Below, in pieces: positions 21,840-29,585 of a stretch of 40,783 nt of DNA (its first letter is position 1; every line of letters begins with the position of its first letter). Source of the DNA: Thermoleophilaceae bacterium (GTDB lineage Bacteria; Actinomycetota; Thermoleophilia; Solirubrobacterales; Thermoleophilaceae). The DNA lies in the NCBI GenBank assembly GCA_050693815.1, contig JBOGXS010000050.1:1-40783 (forward strand), given 5' to 3'. Made by a program: the position numbers and the translations under genes. The notes beneath the pieces were generated by a model. It worked only from the letters and a program-made list of their open reading frames with translations. It was not told the origin of the DNA and searched no databases.

Positions 21840-22377
21840 CGTCGCCCGTCGTTGAGGGCTCCGCATCCAACAGCCGCTCGACGTCGGTGCCCCAGTTGAG
21901 GACGAACTCGCCGCCACGCTTCCACGCTTCCCAGTCGAGGAGCTGGGCGAGGGGGTAGCTCGGCGCAGTCGCACGATCCTCGCGGACGGCGAGGAGACCA
22001 CCGCGCCCCCGGAAGGCGCTGTAGCTGTGGGTGCCTTCCTCGGAGGCTGCCCATCTTTCCGCGAGGGCCTCTCGGCGATCGACCTCGATCTGAACGTCAT
22101 TGAGCTTGGCCCTGACGAAGCTGCCCTTGGCCGCCGGAAGATCGCCATCGGCGATGTCTTCTAAGTCGCGCCGGAGCCGCTTGACGGCCCGGCGCAGCAT
22201 GTCGTCGGCGTAGCCGGTGACGGGGTGGCCGAGGGCCTCATCCGCCAGTGCAAGTTGGGTGTGCCGCTGGCTGTTGAAGCGGGCCTCCATGCGACCAGCA
22301 GCTTCGCGCTGACCGGCGCTCCACGTCGCGTAGACGGAGTCAGGCGCGAAGCCGCAGGGCCGGACGGTGTCAGCCAT
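21832..22377 (-). CDS. hypothetical protein (181 aa)
   Basis: Internal ATG at 22377 (MADTVRPCGF...), with the same ATGGCTGA 8-nt overlap to the upstream gene. Confidence 0.45.
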   Translation of the reverse strand: MADTVRPCGFAPDSVYATWSAGQREAAGRMEARFNSQRHTQLALADEALGHPVTGYADDMLRRAVKRLRRDLEDIADGDLPAAKGSFVRAKLNDVQIEVDRREALAERWAASEEGTHSYSAFRGRGGLLAVREDRATAPSYPLAQLLDWEAWKRGGEFVLNWGTDVERLLDAEPSTTGDDG

Positions 22378-22576
22378 CGTGGCGCAGCGCCTTTCGCCCC
22401 GCATCCGTGACCCAACCCTCACCATCGAGCCAACCAGCGTCCTGCGCGGCTAAGAACACCTGCCGAGAAGTTGCACCTGGCTTCAGGGCCAAGATGCCCT
22501 CAGGGGAAACGCGGCCACCGGCGTCGTGTCCGAACCGCACCAACAACAGCGCCATCCACCTTTCTTTGCTGCTCAT
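22370..22576 (-). CDS. hypothetical small protein (68 aa), winged-helix-like
   Basis: The ATG at 22576 is preceded by GGGAGGGG. The C-terminus reads AAQDAGWLDGEGWVTDAGRKAL. Confidence 0.45.
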   Translation of the reverse strand: MSSKERWMALLLVRFGHDAGGRVSPEGILALKPGATSRQVFLAAQDAGWLDGEGWVTDAGRKALRHDG

Positions 22577-22679
22577 CGCCCCTCCCTCGACCGCATCCAC
22601 CGCCAGTGAAGTCGCAGCGCACGGACAAGCTCCGCGAGCGGTGAGCGGTGGCCTCGGGGCAGGGGGCAGCGGTAGGCCA

Positions 22680-23315
22680 TCACGGCTTCTCGCTGTCGGG
22701 CGGGTCGAGCCTCAGCCACTCGCGAATCTGCTCGGGCGGGATTTCGCGGACTACCTTGGCCTTGCCCACGCGGAACTTCCCGTCGCCGATCGGGATCGCG
22801 GCGATGTCGCGCGCCGTGAACTCGCAGACGAAGATCCGATAGCCCTCCCGCCACGCGCGCAGACACCACGGCAGAATGGCGAGATTGATCCCTGCGCCGC
22901 AGTCGCGCCGCGGGTTGGTGTCGGGGTCGGTGACCTCGTACGTCTGCCCGACCTCGTAGGTGATGCCGCCGGCGTAGGGGCCGTTGGCGTCGGCGTCGGT
23001 GAGCTTGTAGGCGCGGATCTTGCCGACCTGGTCGCGCAGCCACAGCAGATCGTTGACACGCTCGGGCGCAAGTCCCTTGGCGCCCGCGAGGTTGGCGTTC
23101 GCGAGGTAGACGTTCGCGAGGTTGGCGCGCGCGAGGTTGGCGCCCGCGAGGTTGGCGCCCACGAGGTTGGCGCCCACGAGGTTGGCGCCCACGAGGTTGG
23201 CGCGCGCGAGGTTGGCGCGCGCCCGTGTCGCCTCTTCCACCGCCTGTCGCACGTCGAAGGCGTCCTGTGCCGTGTAGAGGACTCGGCCTGCGCTGGTCTT
23301 GATCTCGATCATCAC
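22680..23315 (-). CDS. pentapeptide-repeat protein with a C-terminal globular domain (211 aa)
   Basis: The repeat run [46 protein letters not shown] is followed by a domain ending ...[19 protein letters not shown]. Confidence 0.8.
   Translation of the reverse strand: MMIEIKTSAGRVLYTAQDAFDVRQAVEEATRARANLARANLVGANLVGANLVGANLAGANLARANLANVYLANANLAGAKGLAPERVNDLLWLRDQVGKIRAYKLTDADANGPYAGGITYEVGQTYEVTDPDTNPRRDCGAGINLAILPWCLRAWREGYRIFVCEFTARDIAAIPIGDGKFRVGKAKVVREIPPEQIREWLRLDPPDSEKP
23086..23220 (-). repeat. nine tandem 15-bp units (GCGAGGTTGGCGCCC-like) encoding pentapeptide repeats
   Basis: Units start at 23086, 23101, 23116, 23131, 23146, 23161, 23176, 23191 and 23206. Each has 0-4 mismatches. 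Confidence 0.9.
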
Positions 23316-23515
23316 TCTCCCTCTCGGTCATAGGGCTTCGGTCGCGCCGGCCAGGACCAGTCGATCGCGTCGAGGGCGGCGTGCATCGCATTGAGGGGAG
23401 CGAGGTGGGCGCGCGTAAGATCGACACCCGCGAAATTGGCACGCGCGATATTGGCGCTCGTGAGGTTGGCGTTCGCGAGCGCGTCGAGGCGAGCGATCAC
23501 CGCGGGACTCCTCAT
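23312..23515 (-). CDS. short pentapeptide-repeat protein (67 aa)
   Basis: The repeat segment is [27 protein letters not shown]. Its ATG overlaps the integrase stop (ATGA). Confidence 0.65.
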   Translation of the reverse strand: MRSPAVIARLDALANANLTSANIARANFAGVDLTRAHLAPLNAMHAALDAIDWSWPARPKPYDREGE

Positions 23516-24567
23516 ACGACGACCTCCTCAACAACGCCGAAGACCTCGGCCCTGGCCGCGCGGATCGCGTCCTCGAAGCGGCCCCTCGACTCCATGACGA
23601 GGTGGGCGTAGGTCCGGTCTTGCACCTGAAGGGAGTGGCCCGCCTGCTCTGCCGCCTCGACCCGGGAGACCTCGGGGTCGCGGAGCATCATCGAGACGTA
23701 GAAGTGGCGCAGGTCATAGGGGCGCATCCCCGGCGGGGCAACCGCCCCCCATACGCGCCGACGCCAATTGGCCCAGTTCGCGCGGGTGAGCGCGAGCTCG
23801 CCTTGGGTCACGAAGACGTTGGGGCGAGGGGGGCAGGCGCTCTTGTGGTCGGCCAGGTCGGCGACCAGCGGCGCGAGCATCTTCACGGCCCGATGGCGCC
23901 CGGTCTTCTGAGAGCGGACGAGGATGGTCTGCCCGCGAACGTCCTCCCAAGTGAGAATCCACGCCTCCTGGGGCCGAAGCCCGGCGTAGGCGAGCGCCGA
24001 GATCAGGTGAGCGTCGGCGGGACGCCGGCAGTCGAACAGGGCCTTGCGGATGCCCTCGACCTGCGCCGGTGTCGGCGGGTTGATCGGCTCGGCGTCGGGC
24101 AGCTTGGGCTTTCGGGCGAGCTGAGCGGGGTTTCCCTGCGTGTAGCCGGCACGCATCGCGTGACAGAAGACCTGGCTGAGAATCCCGAGTGCCTTTCGCT
24201 TCGCAGTCGGCCCCGTGTCCAGTCGGGCGAGCCACAGCTCCACGTCGGCGACCGTGACTTCGCCGAGACGGCGAGCGTCGAAGGTGGGCAGCACATGGCA
24301 GCGAAGAAGCTGCTCGTAGAGCTGCGCGGTGCGCGGGGCGGTGTTTCGCCCGTGGCTTGCCCACCATTCCGCGGCGACCTCGCCGATCGTGCGGCTCGAC
24401 GCCTGCAACTGGGGCAGGTAGCCGAGGCGCTTGGCGCGACGGACCTCATCCTCGTAAGCGCGGGCGAGGGTGATCTCTCCCCGCTCGAACGTCTTCGCCC
24501 GGTGAACGCCCGCGCCGTCGCGGTAGCGCACCTTCAACCTGCCTCCCGGCAGCCGTTGCAAGCTCAT
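23512..24567 (-). CDS. int: tyrosine integrase (351 aa)
   Basis: The N-terminus is SAM-like. The catalytic region has RPQEAWILTWEDV..., YDLRHFYVSMML and GHSLQVQDRTYAH (the R...HxxR...Y pattern). It lies directly downstream of xis. Confidence 0.9.
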   Translation of the reverse strand: MSLQRLPGGRLKVRYRDGAGVHRAKTFERGEITLARAYEDEVRRAKRLGYLPQLQASSRTIGEVAAEWWASHGRNTAPRTAQLYEQLLRCHVLPTFDARRLGEVTVADVELWLARLDTGPTAKRKALGILSQVFCHAMRAGYTQGNPAQLARKPKLPDAEPINPPTPAQVEGIRKALFDCRRPADAHLISALAYAGLRPQEAWILTWEDVRGQTILVRSQKTGRHRAVKMLAPLVADLADHKSACPPRPNVFVTQGELALTRANWANWRRRVWGAVAPPGMRPYDLRHFYVSMMLRDPEVSRVEAAEQAGHSLQVQDRTYAHLVMESRGRFEDAIRAARAEVFGVVEEVVV

Positions 24568-24830
24568 GGTCCCTCCGTATTCGATTCGATGGCTCGAAGT
24601 CTGCGACCGAAGTTGGCCGCTATGGCGACCCTAGCCTGCGGGAGATGGAGGCGCAAGGCGGGGGGCTCGGGGCGGGAGCGGTGAAGCCACTCCGAGACCG
24701 CCTGCTCGGGGATGCGCCAGTTGCGCGCGGGGCGGTATGCCTCGAGCTCGCCTTCGCGACAGGCCCGGCGCACGAGAGCAGGGGAGAGGCGCACCTGAGC
24801 GGCCACCTCATCGCAGGTGAGAAGGGTCAT
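24564..24830 (-). CDS. xis: excisionase / MerR-type HTH protein (88 aa)
   Basis: The internal ATG at 24830 forms an ATGA overlap. MTLLTCDEVAAQVRLSPALVRRACREGELEAYRPARNWRIPEQAVSEWL fits the excisionase-family HTH pattern. Confidence 0.7.
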   Translation of the reverse strand: MTLLTCDEVAAQVRLSPALVRRACREGELEAYRPARNWRIPEQAVSEWLHRSRPEPPALRLHLPQARVAIAANFGRRLRAIESNTEGP

Positions 24831-25252
24831 CGCGCCGCCTCCTGCTTTCGCCAGCTGCGCACGGTGCGCTGGTCGACGCCGAGCGCCTGCGCTGCGACGA
24901 ACGCGCGCTGCCCATCGTATTCGGGAAGCCGCTTTCGCCGTTTCTGGTAATAGCTCGATCCCCTGCCCAAGCGGGCGCCCGCACGCTTGGAGGGTCGCTG
25001 AGGGACCCACAGGTCGTCGGGCACGTTGGAGAGGTGGCCTCCATGGGCGGTCAGAATGCGATCGAGCGTATGCACACTGGGGACGACGTCCTCGTGGCGC
25101 CACCGCCACATCGTCCGCATGACGCTGTCGCCGAACGTCTCGCCGATCGGCTCGTCGGGGTGAAGGTCATAGCGGCAGCGCAGCCATCCTTCCAGCCAGT
25201 CGGCGAGGCGCTCGCTGTCGAGCCACTCGCCGTTTTGCCAGTTCAGCTTCAT
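24827..25252 (-). CDS. hypothetical protein with a C-terminal HTH (141 aa)
   Basis: The internal ATG at 25252 forms an ATGA overlap. The C-terminus is RAFVAAQALGVDQRTVRSWRKQ. Confidence 0.45.
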   Translation of the reverse strand: MKLNWQNGEWLDSERLADWLEGWLRCRYDLHPDEPIGETFGDSVMRTMWRWRHEDVVPSVHTLDRILTAHGGHLSNVPDDLWVPQRPSKRAGARLGRGSSYYQKRRKRLPEYDGQRAFVAAQALGVDQRTVRSWRKQEAAR

Positions 25253-25572
25253 GCGGCCTCCTTCGGATGCTCGGCGATCCAGCCTTCCCGGGGGCGGAAG
25301 TGAAAGTCGACCTCGGCGCAGAACTCGCGCAGCCCCTCGGGGTACTGGTCTTCTTGCAAGCGGATCACCCGCTGATCGAGCAGGTGGTGGTGGCGGGAGC
25401 AGACCCAATCCCAGGCGCGGCGGTCCCAGAGAGCTTCCGCCAGGCGCTCGGCGGACCACTTGCGAGTCTGCGCGGCGTGCTTGAGACGCTGGCGAGGGAC
25501 CCAATGGGCACGCTGCAAGCGCCCTTCGCAGCCCGCGAAGCCCATCCGTCCGAGGGCGCAGAGCAGGGTCAT
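25249..25572 (-). CDS. hypothetical protein (107 aa)
   Basis: The internal ATG at 25572 forms an ATGA overlap (MTLLCALGRMGFAGCEGRLQRAHWVPRQ...). I could not secure a motif. Confidence 0.4.
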   Translation of the reverse strand: MTLLCALGRMGFAGCEGRLQRAHWVPRQRLKHAAQTRKWSAERLAEALWDRRAWDWVCSRHHHLLDQRVIRLQEDQYPEGLREFCAEVDFHFRPREGWIAEHPKEAA

Positions 25573-25679
25573 GGCGCAAGCTCTCGCCCGCACTTGACGC
25601 AGCGGACCTCGACGTTGCCGTCCAGGTCGTCCTCCTGGATGGGGATCGGGCGCTCGCACTCACAGGGCTTCGGCCTCAT
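25569..25679 (-). CDS. tiny Zn-ribbon protein (36 aa)
   Basis: MRPKPCECERPIPIQEDDLDGNVEVRCVKCGRELAP. It has ATGA overlaps at both ends and is below the track cutoff. Confidence 0.4.
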   Translation of the reverse strand: MRPKPCECERPIPIQEDDLDGNVEVRCVKCGRELAP

Positions 25680-26041
25680 CCCGCGCTCCCCAGCGCCTTG
25701 AGCAGGCTCTGCCGGGCGGACACGGCGGCGGCCAGCGCCCGGTAGCGAGTCGCCAAGGCCTCCTTCTCTGCCTTCGCGGCCAGGTACTCGCCGTAGACCT
25801 TGGAGTCGAGCTTCTGGTGGGCCTCGGCCGAGCGCAGATCCCCGGCGGGCACACGCTCGCCGGCCTTGCGCGCTCTGTCTGCGATCACAAGCAGCTGCTT
25901 CTGGAAGTCGCGCTCGTAGTCGTTCTGCGCGTCCTCGAAGCGCTTCACGGCATCCGAGTAGGCGTCGGCGGCCTTCTCCAGCCTGTCGGCGCCATCCTCG
26001 ACGGCGTTCATCACCTCGCCGGGATCGAAGCTCATCGTCAC
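25676..26041 (-). CDS. hypothetical coiled-coil protein (121 aa)
   Basis: ORF-track entry, coupled to its neighbours by overlaps. Confidence 0.45.
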   Translation of the reverse strand: MTMSFDPGEVMNAVEDGADRLEKAADAYSDAVKRFEDAQNDYERDFQKQLLVIADRARKAGERVPAGDLRSAEAHQKLDSKVYGEYLAAKAEKEALATRYRALAAAVSARQSLLKALGSAG

Positions 26042-26226
26042 TTACTCTCGTAGCGATGGGATTCAACGTGCTCGGCCGGCAGATGGAGCTCGACCGCCTT
26101 GGCGAGGCGGTGAAAGGCGTCGCCCTGATAGAGAAGCGCCCACACTCGCGCCGTGGTGAGATCGTCACCATCCATCGCCTCTCGGGCTCGGAGGCGAGGG
26201 TCGCTCACCTTGTCACGCGGGCTCAT
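26038..26226 (-). CDS. hypothetical protein (62 aa)
   Basis: ORF-track entry with ATGA overlaps on both sides. Confidence 0.4.
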   Translation of the reverse strand: MSPRDKVSDPRLRAREAMDGDDLTTARVWALLYQGDAFHRLAKAVELHLPAEHVESHRYESK

Positions 26227-26816
26227 GCGGCGTTCCCCTTGAGCGCCTTCTTGAACTGACGCTCATACGACGTGAAGGCGCTGTACCACTTGCGGGCGTG
26301 AACGAAAGCGCTCGGGTCGAAGGGCGGGACCTCGAAGTAGGTGTAGTCGCCGTCGCGGGTCAGGTGGACGAGGGCGAGGAACTCGGCGGGCTGGGAGCCC
26401 ATCTCCTGCGCGGCGAGGTCGTAGGCGTGAAGCTGCACGCCGTAGGTGGGGCGAAGGCTCTTGGAGGTCTTCCAGTCCAGGAGGCCGATGCGCCCCGCGA
26501 TCTCAGCCCGGGCGTCGAAGGTGCCCGCGAAGCCGTGCTCCGCGGAGCCGACGACGACCTCGGTGGCGAGGAAGGCGGGGCGGTAATCGGTGAGAAAGAG
26601 GGCGGCGGCGCGGATCAGTCCCGCGACCTCGGCCGGGTAGTCGGCCGGGTTGGGGATCACCCCTTCGCGGGCGTAGAGCTCAAGCGCGTCGTGGACGTGG
26701 GCGCCCTCTCCGCCGGCTGTGTCGCGCACGTCGTTGGGCGTGCGCTTTCGCTCGCGCAGCAGCGCCAGCAGGCCGTCGTAGTCGCCCGCCTCGATCAACT
26801 CGACCACGCGGCTCAC
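26223..26816 (-). CDS. PD-(D/E)XK (RecB/Cas4-type) nuclease, C-terminal 197-aa portion
   Basis: GTG at 26816 in a GTGA overlap with the stop of the 57-aa ORF. Motifs: GAHVHDALE, TFDA...LLDWKTSK (D...D-x-K) and QLHAY. Confidence 0.65.
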   Translation of the reverse strand: MSRVVELIEAGDYDGLLALLRERKRTPNDVRDTAGGEGAHVHDALELYAREGVIPNPADYPAEVAGLIRAAALFLTDYRPAFLATEVVVGSAEHGFAGTFDARAEIAGRIGLLDWKTSKSLRPTYGVQLHAYDLAAQEMGSQPAEFLALVHLTRDGDYTYFEVPPFDPSAFVHARKWYSAFTSYERQFKKALKGNAA

Positions 26817-26986
26817 GACTCTTCCTCCGCATGCAGGGCGATCAGGGCTTCGAGCGTGGTCGTCATCCCCCACCACGGCGGCGGGCCGTTGGTGACCGAG
26901 CCGAGCACGGTGGTCACCGAGGGCACCCGCTTGCCGTCGACGCGATAGCCGCGGGGCGAGGCGGTGAACTCCACGGTCGGGGTCAC
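26813..26986 (-). CDS. N-terminal 57-aa fragment of the same nuclease family (separate frame)
   Basis: GTG at 26986 in a GTGA overlap with the upstream stop. I translated it by hand as MTPTVEFTASPRGYRVDGKRVPSVTTVLGSVTNGPPPWWGMTTTLEALIALHAEEES. Y..DG...PSVT.vL is the usual N-terminus of phage RecB-like exonucleases. Confidence 0.5.
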   Translation of the reverse strand: MTPTVEFTASPRGYRVDGKRVPSVTTVLGSVTNGPPPWWGMTTTLEALIALHAEEES

Positions 26987-27234
26987 GGCAGGATTCCGTT
27001 TTCGCGATAGACGCGGCTCATATCCCGGCAGGTGGGGCAGATCGGGACGCCGCAGGCGCAGCTCGCCCGCTCGGGACCGAAGTCGTGGCCCAAGTGCTCG
27101 CCCCCTGGCGCCCCGCAGTAGGCGGACCTGCCCTTGTCGGAGGACAGGTGCGCAACCTGATCGCCGGGCGGCTCCAGGGAGGGCAGCTTGTGGGTGTCCG
27201 TCGCCACGTCCGCCATCTCAAAACGGCGGCTCAT
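26983..27234 (-). CDS. small Cys-rich protein (83 aa)
   Basis: ORF-track entry with CGAPGG...CACGVPICPTC. Confidence 0.4.
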   Translation of the reverse strand: MSRRFEMADVATDTHKLPSLEPPGDQVAHLSSDKGRSAYCGAPGGEHLGHDFGPERASCACGVPICPTCRDMSRVYRENGILP

Positions 27235-27928
27235 CGAAGGCGTCGGTCAGCGGAGGCTGGCGCTCGGCGGCGAGGCGCTTCAACGCGGAGGCGAACTTGC
27301 GCTGGTCGGTGACGCCGGCCACCGCCGACTCCAGCGAGGACACGTCGCGCGACCCCGAGGCGACGGCCTCCAAGAGCACCTGCTCCAGCGGCAACTGCTT
27401 CGCCTCTTCGAGCACGGAGGGCGGAGCATCGCCAGGGGTCTCCGTCTGAGGCTCGACCGCCTCCGACTGCGAGGTGGGTGAAATGGCGTTGTCGATGTCC
27501 GAGACGAAGAAGTCCGTCCACACGCGGATCGTCTGGACGGTGATCTCACCGTCGAGCAGGTCGAGCGTCCGCAGGGCCATCTCCTGGGAGTGCTGGCGCT
27601 CGATCCGCGCCCCCCGAGAGTCGACCGGGAGCTCGGGCTGGCCGACGGCGCCGCGTGCGTCGAGGCGGTGCGGACGGTCGGGGCGCTGCTCCTTGGAGAG
27701 CTTGTGCTTTTGGAAGGGCTTGCCGTCGCGGGTCGTCAAGTTGTAGACCGTGATTGAGCCGTAGATCGAGTCGCCGACATCCGGCGGCGGCGTGTCGGGC
27801 TTCTGCGTCAACACCACCCGATCGCCATAGCCAGCCAGGGTCAGGTAGTAGTCGACCATCGGCCCGTGGCGCGGGTTGACCCACTCGCTTCGACCGTGCT
27901 CGCTGGTGATCGTGAACTCCTGTGACAT
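27218..27928 (-). CDS. SSB-like protein (236 aa) with an acidic C-terminal tip FDEPPF
   Basis: The N-terminal half is beta-rich, the linker is acidic and P/E/S-rich, and the last codons read ttc gat gag ccg ccg ttt tga. It lies in the early module next to the nuclease. Confidence 0.5.
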   Translation of the reverse strand: MSQEFTITSEHGRSEWVNPRHGPMVDYYLTLAGYGDRVVLTQKPDTPPPDVGDSIYGSITVYNLTTRDGKPFQKHKLSKEQRPDRPHRLDARGAVGQPELPVDSRGARIERQHSQEMALRTLDLLDGEITVQTIRVWTDFFVSDIDNAISPTSQSEAVEPQTETPGDAPPSVLEEAKQLPLEQVLLEAVASGSRDVSSLESAVAGVTDQRKFASALKRLAAERQPPLTDAFDEPPF

Positions 27929-28228
27929 CTACGATGCTCCCTCCCGTGAAGCTCGGCGCTCGCCGCCCTTCACGTATTCGCGCAGTTCATCCTCGGCCTG
28001 CTGGGTGCGGGCCTCGGCCTTCTTCAAGTCGTCTTGCAGCCGGTTGATCTCCGCGAGCAGGTCGATCGCGAAGGCACGCCATACGTCCATCAACTGCTTC
28101 TGGCAGGCGCGGATCGAGGCCATCTGCGAGGCGAGATCCTGAGAGGCGGCGCGCAGCTTGTGGTTCGTCTGCTTGGTGTGCGTGGCGAGCTTCTTCTGCA
28201 CGTCACGCTCGGAGTGGGTCATCGCCAC
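27929..28228 (-). CDS. hypothetical coiled-coil protein (99 aa)
   Basis: ORF-track entry. Its TAG abuts the next ATG. Confidence 0.45.
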   Translation of the reverse strand: MAMTHSERDVQKKLATHTKQTNHKLRAASQDLASQMASIRACQKQLMDVWRAFAIDLLAEINRLQDDLKKAEARTQQAEDELREYVKGGERRASREGAS

Positions 28229-28461
28229 GCCTCTGCCCCGGGCGCGTCTTGGATGCAGAACTCCTGCGCCACGGCGACGGCGTCCTCGAGCTCGAGCTCC
28301 GTGCGCCGCACGCGCTCGTAGGAGAGGTCGTTAGGCCAAAGCGCGAAGTCGTCGCGAGCGAGGGCGGCGCAGCGGCGGGCCTTGGCGAGGCGGTCGGCGG
28401 CGGGGTGGCGACCCCTGGGCGGCGCGACCGAGAGCATCCGGTGCAGGTCCTGAATCCTCAT
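28219..28461 (-). CDS. first early-leftward gene (80 aa), probably translated from a leaderless mRNA
   Basis: The ATG at 28461 lies only 8 nt downstream of the -10 hexamer of the minus-strand promoter. It occupies a Cro-like position, but I recognise no HTH. Confidence 0.5.
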   Translation of the reverse strand: MRIQDLHRMLSVAPPRGRHPAADRLAKARRCAALARDDFALWPNDLSYERVRRTELELEDAVAVAQEFCIQDAPGAEAWR

Positions 28462-28469
28462 TGGCAGGG

Positions 28470-28498
28470 ACTCTAGCCGTAGCGTTGCTCCCTGTCAA
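28470..28498 (-). promoter_or_regulatory. sigma70-type early promoter (minus strand), leaderless
   Basis: On the minus strand: TACTTGACA, a 17-bp spacer, then TAGAGT. In plus-strand coordinates these are tgtcaa at 28493-28498 and actcta at 28470-28475. It is divergent from the repressor gene. Confidence 0.7.
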
Positions 28499-28571
28499 GT
28501 ACGAGTGCAACGGATCTTGTCGCAGTTTGCGCGTATTCCTGATACCGTTGGCGCAACGAGGAGGATTGCGA

Positions 28572-28952
28572 ATGGCTGGCACAGACCCCGAGATTCGCCA
28601 TCGGCTCGCCCAACGGCTGCGCACCCGTCGCAAGCAACTGGGGCTGAGGCAGGTCGACGCCGCCAAGCACGTCGGGGTGAAGCCCGACACCTACATCCAT
28701 TGGGAGCGGGCGATCTCCTTCCCCGAGGTCCACCATCTGCGCCAAGCGCAGGAGGCGTTCGACATCGAGCTCATGGACCTGGCGATCGACGGCGCGGTGG
28801 GCGAGGACGCCTCTACGCTCTCCGATGCGCTCGAGCCGCTCGAGCAGGAGATCGCTCGTCTGCGTTTACAGCTCGAAGATGAGGCCGGTCGTCTTCGCTC
28901 ACAGTTCGAAGATGTGCGCGCGGGCTTGCGCCGTCTGTCAGGCGACGAGTAG
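28572..28952 (+). CDS. XRE-family HTH repressor (CI-like, 126 aa)
   Basis: The ATG at 28572 is preceded by GAGGAGG. LRTRRKQLGLRQVDAAKHVGVKPDTYIHWERAISFP is a classic XRE HTH, and the C-terminus is coiled-coil. It is the only plus-strand gene in this region. Confidence 0.8.
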   Translation: MAGTDPEIRHRLAQRLRTRRKQLGLRQVDAAKHVGVKPDTYIHWERAISFPEVHHLRQAQEAFDIELMDLAIDGAVGEDASTLSDALEPLEQEIARLRLQLEDEAGRLRSQFEDVRAGLRRLSGDE

Positions 28953-28959
28953 CGTCGCC
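28941..28959 (+). terminator. hairpin spanning the repressor stop codon
   Basis: GGCGACG (28941-28947), loop agtag, CGTCGCC (28953-28959). There is no U-tract. Confidence 0.35.
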
Positions 28960-29188
28960 GAAGGCTGCCGCCGCGTCGGCGAGCACCGCCTCGACTCCGC
29001 GATCCGAGGCGTGGTCGGCGAGCAGCCCGAGTCCGAGCGCGGCGGCGTGAAACAGCCTCTCCGCCTCGCTTCGTGCGCTTGCCTGCATCGTCTGCTCCCC
29101 GCTCGGAGTACCCTGTCGAAGCTAGCAGCGAATGTGACTTGACGCGAGTCGAACATTCGTTTAGCCGAAGGCAGGGGGAAGGGGTTGA

Positions 29189-29251
29189 TTTCCTTTCCTT
29201 CCTTTCTTCTTTCCTTTCTTCATCTTTCGTCTTCATCGTCTTACCTTTCCC
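29189..29251 (+). repeat. polypyrimidine (C/T) tract, AT-rich for this genome
   Basis: A 33-nt pure pyrimidine run at 29189-29221 (tttcctttccttcctttcttctttcctttcttc), staying about 90 percent pyrimidine to 29251. It is preceded by the purine block gcagggggaagggg. Confidence 0.85.
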
Positions 29252-29277
29252 CATGCCCCCTGGTTAGATTCGAGCAG

Positions 29278-29313
29278 GAACCGGCTAGCCCCTTGGTGGA
29301 GATAGGCCGGTTC
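29278..29313. terminator. long hairpin in the convergent intergenic region
   Basis: GAACCGGCTA (29278-29287) pairs with TAGGCCGGTTC (29303-29313), with one bulged G and a 15-nt loop. Confidence 0.4.
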
Positions 29314-29585
29314 GCAAGGCTGGACGCCCCCGCTTGAGTTCATCGCAGTCTGCCGGCTATCGCTGTCTGCGTGCTACGCCCGTCCCCGGTCCTGATCGTC
29401 GCCGGGTACAACCTCCACGCTTCATCCAGCTACATCGCCCCTCGCCCCCATCGACGTTCAGGGGGGGCGGCATCGTAGTAGGCCCGTCCTCTTCAAAGAG
29501 TCGGCCTGCGGGCAACGGTTGCTTGGGCTCCGCGCCGCTGCCAGGGACGCGGTCAGGGCCGGGCTACCGGGCGTGCGCGGGCGAG

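Noticed and set aside
28813-29088. Minus-strand 91-aa ORF with a decent GGGGAG ribosome-binding site, convergent on the repressor gene.
   Set aside because: Two-thirds of it is antisense to the repressor coding sequence and looks like shadow-frame sequence. A short genuine peptide (~45 aa) cannot be excluded, but it is unsupported.
28691-29254. Minus-strand ORF of 187 aa starting MGKGKTMKTKDEERKEERKERK.
   Set aside because: Its N-terminus is the polypurine tract read as codons. The rest runs antisense through the repressor gene with junk-like R/S-rich sequence.
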